From the NCBI GenBank assembly GCA_964250945.1, contig CAXUIB010000001.1:264-64263 (forward strand): a DNA stretch of 64,000 nt. Direction: 5' to 3'. Below are positions 56,303 through 64,000 of the stretch, piece by piece. Every line of letters starts with the position of its first letter. The first letter of the stretch is position 1. The translations under genes were made by a program, and so were the position numbers. The notes beneath the pieces are model-generated. The model did no database searches. It was not told where the DNA came from and worked only from the letters and a program-made list of their open reading frames with translations. Source of the DNA: an uncultured Acidobacteriaceae bacterium. GTDB taxonomy: Bacteria > Acidobacteriota > Terriglobia > Terriglobales > Acidobacteriaceae.

Positions 56303-57394
56303 ATGAGCGAAGCCCCTCCTTCCATCCCGGGCGCACCCTGTGAAGTCAGCTGGTTCTCCGCTCTGTGCGACGACGACTACGAATTCCTCGGCGTCTCCGA
56401 CCCTCTTCTAATGTCCAGCTGGGAGCACTGCCGCGACATCGTCCTCCAGGCCGATGCGCTCGGCTTCGACAACATCCTTCTGCCCTCGGGATACGCTCTG
56501 GGCATCGATACCACAGCCTTTGCCGCCGCCATCGCCGTGCTGGTCAAACGGATTCATCTGCTTCTGGCGGTCCGCATCGGCGAGACCTGGCCGCCGCAAC
56601 TGGCGCGGCAGATCGCCACCATCGACCGCATCCTGGGCGGCCGGCTTACCGTCAACATCATCTCGTCCGACATGCCCGGCGAAACCCTGCCCTCGGCACC
56701 GCGCTACCGTCGCACCGTCGAGGCCATGCACATCCTCAAGACCCTGCTGGGCGGAGATGCGCTCGACTTCAACGGCGAGTTCTGGAAGCTGAAGCTCGAG
56801 CCGCCCCGCATCCGCACCGTCTCGGGCAACCCGCCGCTGCTCTACTTCGGCGGCATGAGCCCGGACGCCCGCGAAGCCGCGGCCATCGGTTGCGACATCT
56901 TCCTCATGTGGCCCGACAAGGAATCTAGAGTCAAAGCGCTGATCGCCGAGATGGAGCAGCGCGCCGCCAGACACGGGCGTACGCTGCGCTTCGGCTACCG
57001 CGCCCACGTCATCGTGCGCGATACCGAGGCCGAGGCACGCGCCGCGGCCGACCGTCTGCTGTCCAAGCTGGACGCGGCAGAGGGCGCCGCCATTCGCGCC
57101 AGGTCGCTCGATACCACATCGGCCGGCGTCGCCGCGCAGGCCGCCTTGCGGGAAGGCGCCGCAAACGATGGCTACGCCGAAGCCAACCTGTGGACCGGCG
57201 TCGGTCGCGCACGCTCCGGCTGCGGCGCGGCCATCGTCGGCGATCCCGACCAGGTGCTCAGCAAGCTCCGGAGCTATCAGGCAATGGGCATCGAAGCGTT
57301 TATCCTCTCCGGATATCCGCACGCGGCGGAGGCGGATCTGTTTGCTCGCCACGTTCTCCCTCATCTGCGCCACGGACCTCTCACCCGCAACTGA
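56303..57394 (+). CDS. smoC: Sulfoquinovose monooxygenase (LLM class, SmoC/SquD-like)
   Basis: EVSWFSALC.DDY..LGV.D, SS.EHC.DIV, LYFGG.SP, WTG.GRARSGCGAA, FILSGYPH as I recall them from SmoC; adjacent to FMN reductase and SQase. Confidence 0.85.
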   Translation: MSEAPPSIPGAPCEVSWFSALCDDDYEFLGVSDPLLMSSWEHCRDIVLQADALGFDNILLPSGYALGIDTTAFAAAIAVLVKRIHLLLAVRIGETWPPQLARQIATIDRILGGRLTVNIISSDMPGETLPSAPRYRRTVEAMHILKTLLGGDALDFNGEFWKLKLEPPRIRTVSGNPPLLYFGGMSPDAREAAAIGCDIFLMWPDKESRVKALIAEMEQRAARHGRTLRFGYRAHVIVRDTEAEARAAADRLLSKLDAAEGAAIRARSLDTTSAGVAAQAALREGAANDGYAEANLWTGVGRARSGCGAAIVGDPDQVLSKLRSYQAMGIEAFILSGYPHAAEADLFARHVLPHLRHGPLTRN

Positions 57395-57480
57395 CCACCC
57401 GGGACGGACCGCCGGGCGATGTCTTTAGCATCGGCACACCGTTCGTACGAATCAGCAGATAGGTAGGAGAGAGGCGCCGC

Positions 57481-58059
57481 ATGTCCGCCGCAAACGCACC
57501 CTTGATCGTAGGCGTCGGCGGCACCACCGTGCCGGGATCTTCCACCGAGCGCGCCCTGCGCATCGCCATCAAGGCCGCAGAAGCGGAGGGCATGCGCGCG
57601 CGGATCTTCGACGGCGCCTCCCTGGCGCGGCTGCCGATGTACACGCCCAAACTGGGGGATCGCACCGTCGAAGAGCAGGAGTTCGTCGCCGCCATTCGCG
57701 CGTGCTCGGGCGTCATCTTCGCCAGTCCGGGCTACCACGGAAGCGTCTCGGGCCTCGTGAAAAACGCCATCGACCTCATCGAAGAGACTGCCAAAGACCC
57801 GCGCCCTTACCTCGACGACGTGCCCGTCGGTCTGGTGGCGACGGCCTACGGCTGGCAGGCAACGGCAAGCACCATCGCAGCTTTACGATCGATCGTGCAT
57901 GCCTTGCGCGGCTGGCCCACGCCGTTCGCCGCGGCGGTAAACAGCGCGGTCTCGAGGTTCGACGGGGCCGGCGGTTGCGGCGATCCCGCCGTCGCCGAAG
58001 GTCTCGCTCGCGTCGGTCAGCAGGTAGCGCGCGCGGTTCGGTTGAGATCGCAAACATGA
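57481..58059 (+). CDS. NAD(P)H-dependent FMN reductase (SsuE-like)
   Basis: LPMY, ASPGYHGSVSGLVKNAID. Confidence 0.88.
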   Translation: MSAANAPLIVGVGGTTVPGSSTERALRIAIKAAEAEGMRARIFDGASLARLPMYTPKLGDRTVEEQEFVAAIRACSGVIFASPGYHGSVSGLVKNAIDLIEETAKDPRPYLDDVPVGLVATAYGWQATASTIAALRSIVHALRGWPTPFAAAVNSAVSRFDGAGGCGDPAVAEGLARVGQQVARAVRLRSQT

Positions 58060-60068
58060 CCGCGCTCAGCCTCCGCAAGGTCGAGGACGGCTTCGATATC
58101 CACGTCGGCAACACCGTCCTTCTGCGCCATCGGCCGCATCGTCCGGCCTTCTTTGTCGGTCGCGGACGTCCCGATATCCAGATGGATCGAGGCAACTTCA
58201 ACATCGCCGATCGTCTCGACGAACGCCTCGCCCTGCGATCCGCTGAGGTCGCCGAAGCTCACGTCGAACTCGCTTCGGCCGCCGGACAACCCGCCCTTCT
58301 CACCCTGGCGATCGACGCCGGTGCTCTGCGTTTCACCTCCGCGGACCCGGCCGTGAATCGCTTCTGGATGCGCCTCCACGCCGATCCCGGCGAATCTCTG
58401 TGGGGCGCGGGCGAGCAGATGAGCTACTTCAACCTCGCCGGCCGACGCTTCCCGCTCTGGACCTCCGAGCCCGGCATCGGTCGCGATCAATCCACCCTCC
58501 TCACCTTTCAGGCCGACCAGGCAGGGTACGGCGGCGGCGACTTCTGGAACACAAGCTATCCCCAGCCGACCTTTCTCTCCTCGCGCCGCTACGCTCTGCA
58601 CGTCAGCACAACCGCCTACACCTGCTTCGACTTCCGCGACCCCGCGTTCCACGAAATCGAAGCGTGGGAGGTGCCGGCACAGATCGAACTCTTCGCCGCC
58701 GCACGCTTCCGCGACCTTGTCACGCATCTGTCCACGCGCTTCGGACGTCCGCCGCGCCTACCCGACTGGGCGTTCTCCGGAGCGATTTTAGGCTTCAAAT
58801 CCGGCACCGAAAGCTTCATCCGCATGGACGCCGTCATCGCCGCCGGGGCCGCCGTAACCGGCCTCTGGTGCGAGGACTGGGCGGGTCTGCGCCTCACCGG
58901 CTTCGGCAAACGTCTGTTCTGGGACTGGCGTGCCAGCCCCTCGCGCTACCCAGGGCTCCGCGCAAAAATCGCCGACCTCCGCACCCGCGGCATCCGCTTC
59001 CTCAACTACATCAATCCCTACCTGGCCATCGACGGAGCGCTCTATCAGGAGGCCCTCGCCGGCGGCCATCTCGCACGGCAGATCCACTCCGACGCGCCCT
59101 ATCTCGTCGACTTCGGCGAGTTCCTCTGCGGCATCGTCGACTTCACCGGCCCGGCCGCGTCCGCCTGGTTTGCCGAACGCGTCATCGCGCAGGAGTCGCT
59201 CGACCTGGGCGTCTCGGGATGGATGGCCGACTTCGGCGAGTACCTGCCCATCGACGTCCGCCTCGCCGGCGGTGTCAGCGGCATGCTGGCCCACAATGCC
59301 TGGCCGATCCTGTGGGCGGAGGTCAACGCGCGCGCCGTCAGCTCCCGCGGCCTGACCGGCGATGCCGTCTTCTTCATGCGCGCCGGATTCACAGGCATCA
59401 GCCGACACTGCCCTCTGCTCTGGGCCGGCGACCAATCCGTCGACTTCTCGCGCCACGACGGCATCGGCACCGTTCTGCGCGCCTCCCTGTCCTCCGGACT
59501 CCTCGGCAACCCCTACCACCACAGCGACCTCGGCGGATACACCAGCGTCTTCGGCAACGTGCGCACACCGGAGTTGCTGATGCGCTGGAGCGAGCTGTCC
59601 GCGTTCTCGCCCGTCATGCGCAGCCACGAAGGCAATCGACCGGACGAAAACCTCCAGATCGACAGCGACCCCGCCGTGCTGCAGCACTTCGTCCGCATGA
59701 CACAGGTGCACGCGGCCCTCGCGCCCTACGTGTCCACGCTGTGCGACGAGGCCGTCGCGACCGGTCTGCCGCTGCAGCGCGCGATGTTTCTGGACTACGA
59801 AGAGGACCCCGTGTGCTGGGACATCGAAACGCAGTTCTGCTACGGCCGCGACCTTCTTGTAGCTCCCGTGATCACAGCAGGCGCGACCGCATGGGACGCG
59901 TATCTGCCGGGCGGCGCAACCTGGGTGCACCTCTGGTCAGGCAAACCCTACGCAGGCGGCGCAATTGTCTCGGTCGCCGCGCCCATCGGAGTTCCACCCG
60001 TCTTCTATCGCGCCGACAGCCGCCACGCGGCCCTTTTCGCTTCGTTTCCAAACCGATTCGCCCAGTAG
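58056..60068 (+). CDS. yihQ: GH31 sulfoquinovosidase
   Basis: WTSEPG.GR, YPQPTF, WCEDW, FGKRLFWDW, GWMADFGEYLP nucleophile, WAGDQ, SDLGGY, MRSHEGN; K/E/R/W/Y sulfonate-pocket residues present. Confidence 0.9.
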   Translation: MTALSLRKVEDGFDIHVGNTVLLRHRPHRPAFFVGRGRPDIQMDRGNFNIADRLDERLALRSAEVAEAHVELASAAGQPALLTLAIDAGALRFTSADPAVNRFWMRLHADPGESLWGAGEQMSYFNLAGRRFPLWTSEPGIGRDQSTLLTFQADQAGYGGGDFWNTSYPQPTFLSSRRYALHVSTTAYTCFDFRDPAFHEIEAWEVPAQIELFAAARFRDLVTHLSTRFGRPPRLPDWAFSGAILGFKSGTESFIRMDAVIAAGAAVTGLWCEDWAGLRLTGFGKRLFWDWRASPSRYPGLRAKIADLRTRGIRFLNYINPYLAIDGALYQEALAGGHLARQIHSDAPYLVDFGEFLCGIVDFTGPAASAWFAERVIAQESLDLGVSGWMADFGEYLPIDVRLAGGVSGMLAHNAWPILWAEVNARAVSSRGLTGDAVFFMRAGFTGISRHCPLLWAGDQSVDFSRHDGIGTVLRASLSSGLLGNPYHHSDLGGYTSVFGNVRTPELLMRWSELSAFSPVMRSHEGNRPDENLQIDSDPAVLQHFVRMTQVHAALAPYVSTLCDEAVATGLPLQRAMFLDYEEDPVCWDIETQFCYGRDLLVAPVITAGATAWDAYLPGGATWVHLWSGKPYAGGAIVSVAAPIGVPPVFYRADSRHAALFASFPNRFAQ

Positions 60069-60138
60069 CTGCGCGACTCATGCCTTTTTTGGTTGTCACT
60101 CCCGAAGGGAATCTGCCGTTCTCTCTCCTCTACCTTCG

Positions 60139-60154
60139 CAGGAACACCGCTCTA
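60139..60154 (+). repeat. Solo MITE-like terminal repeat overlapping the TonB receptor stop codon
   Basis: CAGGAACACCGCTCTA vs consensus CAGGAGAACCGCTCTA. Confidence 0.4.
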
Positions 60155-63100
60155 AAACAAAATCTTCGCCCCAAACTGAAACACTCTCGGCCCCAGATTG
60201 GTGCTGCTGGTCCCCACCGTTCCCGTGATGCTGCCGACCGCCGCCGAGGACAGCGTCGACACCGGGTTCGCCAGGTTGGGATGGTTCAGAATGTTGAAGC
60301 CCTCCGCGCGAAACTGCCCGTGAATGCGACGCTCGGAAAACAAGTTGCGGAACAGCGACACGTCAATCTCTTCAAAGCCCGGACCGCGCAGGCTGTTGCG
60401 CGACGAGTCGCCATACGTCCCGAGCGCCGCCGGCGCAAACGCCGCGCGATTGAAGAACTGCTGCGCGCGCGACAGCCCCGCGGTGTGGCTGTGCGGGTTC
60501 ACCCCCGGAACCACGTCCGCATAGTCGTTCCCCACGCCCGAAAGCGATCGATCCGTCCCGCTCAGCACCGTAAATGGAAGCCCCGTAAACAGGTTCGCGA
60601 TCAGGTTGCCTTCCCACCCGTTCAGCGCCGCCTGCCCAAAGCGGTTGCCCCTGTACGTCGGAAAGAAGTAGTCGATCGCCGCATTGAAGCGAACCCTCTG
60701 GTCGAAGTCCGCAGGCCCCCGAGAGGACTGCGGGTTGAGCGGATTCGGCGGCCCGGGCGCAAGCTCCGTCGCGTCCGAGCTGTTGTCGATCGTCTTCGAA
60801 AACGTGACGTTGCTCAGCAACGTAAGTCCATGCCGCATGCGCCGCGTCACGTTTAGCTGCAGTCCGTTGTACATGGCGTACTCATACGAATCCGCAATCG
60901 TCACCGCGCCCAGGCCAGGGTACAGGCGACGCGCGTTCTCATTGGCCACCGTCGACACCACGCCCGGAACCGGCAAGGCTGGGTTCAGATAGCGGGAACC
61001 TTCCACATGCACCGCATGGTTGCCCACATACGCCAGCGACATCAGAAATCCGCCCGGAAGCTGCTGCTCCACCGTCAGGTTATAGTCCTGCGTGTACTCC
61101 ACCTTCGAGTTGGGATTGAGCACGCCGCCCGCAAACGGCAAGACAAACTTGTAGGCGGAGAACTGCGACGGGTTCAGGTGCGGCCGCGGAAACGGATCGC
61201 CCCCCGCGTATCCGGCGTACGGGTTATCCCACGTGCCCGCCGGGTTGTTGATCTGCAAAATCAAATTCACCGGCTGCGCCTGGTCGGTGCGCTGGTACAG
61301 CAGACCTTCAGGGAAGCCGTAAAAGATGCCGTACGCCCCGCGGACCACCGTCTCGCCCTTGCCTCCGACGTTGTACGCAAATCCAACGCGCGGAGCGAAA
61401 TCCTTGTAGTTCTTCCGAAAGATACTCGCCTGCACGCCAGGGTCGCCGTTGAAGAGCAGGCCCGTGGGCGCGTCCGGCGCGACCGTCGACTTGGCGCCCG
61501 GCGTGAAGCCAACCAGCGTGTTGTTCAGGTCGATCGGCGGCAGCCACGGGTCCCAGCGCAGGCCGGCGTTCAACGTCAACGCGCGGCTCAGCTTGAAGTC
61601 GTCCTGCACGTACATCCCGACACGGTTCTCGCGGAGGTAGAACTTGCGTCCGTTGTCCTGAAAGAATGTGCTGTCCAGCCCAAAGTAAAAGTCCGCAATC
61701 GCATTTCCGCTGCGCTGCCCGTTGAAGGTGTTGTCGCCGGGCGTATACGAAAAATCGGTCGCATCGATGCGCGTGCGTTCATACGTTCCGCCAAAGCTGA
61801 CCGTATGCCGGCCCGCAACTTTTACCGCCTGCGCGCGAAAATCAAACGTGGTCGGGTCCTGCGTCAGAGCACCCCCCGAAAAAATATTTACATACCCCGA
61901 AATGTTCGCGCGAACGCCCGTAAATACCGGGATATTCGTCGTCCCCAAAGGCACATTCGCGCCCAGCGTCTGCAGGTTCTGGAGCCCCGGCGACACCGGC
62001 ACCTGCGTGCGCGCAAACCGTTCGGCGGTCGCATACAACGTCATCGTCAGCGTGTTGCTGACCACCTGCGTGTCGGCCAGCGTCAGACTCTGGTTGCGAA
62101 ACCTGTTGGCCGCATAAAAGCCCAGAGGCGCATTGAAGGCTCGCTGAAAGTTGTCTTCCACGTAAAAATACCGCGCGCTGAAATGGTTTCTCTCTGAAAC
62201 GTTATGGTCGGCCTTGATCAGGTACTGCGTATTGTCGATGTTGGCGTTGGCGTTCGAGACGAAGTTGCCCGTGCTCGCGGTGTAGCCGGGGCTCGCGTAC
62301 AGAGGTACGATAAACGCCTTGGCCACAGCCAGCGAGAGCGGATTGATCGGCGTCGTAATCTGGTTGTTCGCGTACGCCGCCCCCGTCGTAGGGTCGTGGA
62401 TGTTGATTGATCCGAAGTTGCCGCTCAGCTCCGCCGCCGTCGGCAGAAAAATATTGATCGGATTGGGCGAGGATCGGCGCTGCAGATCTTCGGCCGAAAA
62501 GAAGAAAAACGTGCGATCCCGGCCGTTATACAACCGCGGAATGACGATCGGTCCGCCCACCGTTCCGCCGAACTGGTTCTGCTTGAAGGGCGGAATCGGC
62601 ACCGGCGCGCGATTGAAGTAGTTGCGGCTGTTCAGCACTGTGTTGCGCAAAAACTCAAACGCAGAGCCGTGAATCTGGTTCGTGCCGGAGCGCGAACTGA
62701 GCTGCACCAGCGCGCCCGCACCACCGTACTCGGCCGAAAAATTCGCCGCCTGAATCGTGAACTCCTGCAGACCGTCCGGGCTCGGAAGCACCGGCACAGA
62801 ATCGAAAAATCGATTCACATACAGCGCGCCGTCCAGCTGGTAATTGTTCTGCGTCGCGCGTAGACCGTTCACGGTTGGGCCAACGTTGTCCTGCTGGCCA
62901 CTCTCCGTGCCCACCGTCGTCAACGCCGCCCCGGGCGTCAGCTGCGTCAGCTGCAAGGGATTGCGGCTGTTCAACGGCAAGTCCTGAATCTGTTCCTGGT
63001 CGACCGAGGTCGCCACCTCCGACGTCGCGCTCTGGATCAGGTCGCGCGCGCTGCTCACCGTGATCTGCTCGCCCGTCGATCCGACTGCAAGCTCCACATC

Positions 63101-63421
63101 GAGACCAAGACTCTGGCCCGTCAGCAGCGTCGCGTCGGTCAAACGCTTGGCCGCAAATCCGGGCGCGTCCACATCGACCGTGTAGGAGCCGATCGGCAGG
63201 TCGGTCAAGACATAAAGTCCGCTCTCGTTCGTCCTCTCGGTCCGCTTCAAACCCGTGGCGGCGTTGGTGGCAGCCACATCGGCGCCGGAGATGTTTGCTC
63301 CGGAAGCATCGGTCACCGTTCCGCGGATCGTACCGGTAGACTGGGCACAGACAAACCCCGTCCATCCCAGCAGAGCGACAAAGATACCCAACATCAGCAC
63401 CCGGCGAGAGAAAACAAGCAT
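60152..63421 (-). CDS. TonB-dependent receptor with N-terminal carboxypeptidase-regulatory-like domain
   Basis: Signal peptide, GTVTDASGA, LPLNSRN..QL, AEYG, GTNQ.HGS.FEF.RN, NQFGGTVGGPI, FAPRVGFAY, C-terminal RVFQFGAKILF. Confidence 0.92.
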   Translation of the reverse strand: MLVFSRRVLMLGIFVALLGWTGFVCAQSTGTIRGTVTDASGANISGADVAATNAATGLKRTERTNESGLYVLTDLPIGSYTVDVDAPGFAAKRLTDATLLTGQSLGLDVELAVGSTGEQITVSSARDLIQSATSEVATSVDQEQIQDLPLNSRNPLQLTQLTPGAALTTVGTESGQQDNVGPTVNGLRATQNNYQLDGALYVNRFFDSVPVLPSPDGLQEFTIQAANFSAEYGGAGALVQLSSRSGTNQIHGSAFEFLRNTVLNSRNYFNRAPVPIPPFKQNQFGGTVGGPIVIPRLYNGRDRTFFFFSAEDLQRRSSPNPINIFLPTAAELSGNFGSINIHDPTTGAAYANNQITTPINPLSLAVAKAFIVPLYASPGYTASTGNFVSNANANIDNTQYLIKADHNVSERNHFSARYFYVEDNFQRAFNAPLGFYAANRFRNQSLTLADTQVVSNTLTMTLYATAERFARTQVPVSPGLQNLQTLGANVPLGTTNIPVFTGVRANISGYVNIFSGGALTQDPTTFDFRAQAVKVAGRHTVSFGGTYERTRIDATDFSYTPGDNTFNGQRSGNAIADFYFGLDSTFFQDNGRKFYLRENRVGMYVQDDFKLSRALTLNAGLRWDPWLPPIDLNNTLVGFTPGAKSTVAPDAPTGLLFNGDPGVQASIFRKNYKDFAPRVGFAYNVGGKGETVVRGAYGIFYGFPEGLLYQRTDQAQPVNLILQINNPAGTWDNPYAGYAGGDPFPRPHLNPSQFSAYKFVLPFAGGVLNPNSKVEYTQDYNLTVEQQLPGGFLMSLAYVGNHAVHVEGSRYLNPALPVPGVVSTVANENARRLYPGLGAVTIADSYEYAMYNGLQLNVTRRMRHGLTLLSNVTFSKTIDNSSDATELAPGPPNPLNPQSSRGPADFDQRVRFNAAIDYFFPTYRGNRFGQAALNGWEGNLIANLFTGLPFTVLSGTDRSLSGVGNDYADVVPGVNPHSHTAGLSRAQQFFNRAAFAPAALGTYGDSSRNSLRGPGFEEIDVSLFRNLFSERRIHGQFRAEGFNILNHPNLANPVSTLSSAAVGSITGTVGTSSTNLGPRVFQFGAKILF

Positions 63422-63552
63422 AGCGATCCTTTCTGAAATGGAATCGGCAGAGGCGACGGTCCGCCTCGCCCGCGCAGAAACAACGCAAGGCGCACAAAGT
63501 TCACGTCTAGACTAGAGGGAGCGCTGCGGTCACGGCGCGAACGATACTATAC

Positions 63553-63570
63553 TCAGACACCGTTGTCCTA
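63553..63570. promoter_or_regulatory. LacI-type operator 4 in the divergent region, abutting TATACT
   Basis: TCAGACACCGTTGTCCTA, reverse complement of TAGGACAACGGTGTCTGA. Confidence 0.8.
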
Positions 63571-63731
63571 TTGCCCTATTCTCTCGACGCACCTGCGATC
63601 CAAACGAGGCACCGGCCCATCCTGCCCAGGCAGAAGGGGCCCTCTGCGCGTTAGTCTCTTCTCCAGGGAGCGCCAGGGAGCGCCCCGTGACACGTCTCTC
63701 TTCAGACACGTCTCTCTCTAAGAGGTACAGC

Positions 63732-64000
63732 ATGAACCGCAAGCAACTTGGACGGGCGATCCTCAGCTGCGCTCTTCTTGGTTCCACCGCCGCGATCGCG
63801 CAGGAAGGCCGCCGTGGGCCGCCGCTGCCCCCCAATCCGCTGCCCTATGACCTCCTGCTCAAAGGCGGCCATCTCCTCGACGACAAGAACCACATCGACG
63901 CCAATCGCGACCTCGGCATCAAGGATGGCAAGGTCGTCGCCGTGGGCGAGGATCTCCATCCCAAAGATGCGCTCAAGACCATCGACGTCAAGGGACTCTT
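63732..64000 (+). CDS. Secreted amidohydrolase/deacetylase-family metallohydrolase (5' part only)
   Basis: Manual translation MNRKQLGRAILSCALLGSTAAIAQ (signal peptide)...YDLLLKGGHLLD....IDANRDLGIKDGKVVAVG...TIDVKGL, the typical amidohydrolase N-terminal beta-sandwich; GAGG RBS. Confidence 0.75.
   Translation, partial: MNRKQLGRAILSCALLGSTAAIAQEGRRGPPLPPNPLPYDLLLKGGHLLDDKNHIDANRDLGIKDGKVVAVGEDLHPKDALKTIDVKGL

Noticed and set aside
57702-58055. FMN reductase-SQase fusion or frameshift
   Set aside because: Two normal genes coupled by ATGA at 58056-58059.
58400-60856. 818-aa Arg-rich plus-strand ORF
   Set aside because: Alternative frame over the SQase and antisense to the receptor.

Overview
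GC-rich bacterial window, probably Acidobacteriota (inferred from the TonB-dependent receptor architecture and gene content, not proven). In order: a partial agmatine deiminase and tRNA-Leu(CAA); a nitrate assimilation cluster with an unusual HemD-GAF-ANTAR regulator, a beta-barrel porin, NirA with a CysJ-like diflavin reductase, a fused 4Fe-4S/DmsC membrane subunit, NasA and a NarK-type transporter; a combined caa3 oxidase + bc complex operon nested in a sugar-release/oxidation cluster (two GH15, SDR, GMC, GADH subunit 3-like, TPP enzyme, enolase superfamily, Crp/Fnr); an AT-richer TetR islet; an M23 peptidase; an organic-acid cluster (poxB, lutABC, MIP, fumC, OprB, malic enzyme, DUF1275, AKR); and a sulfoquinovose monooxygenase cluster (LacI, MFS, SmoC, FMN reductase, SQase, TonB receptor) tied together by four copies of an 18-bp operator. 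A ~115-bp TA-flanked inverted-repeat element (MITE-like) occurs five times in full plus two fragments. All family calls come from reading motifs by eye; no database search was run.
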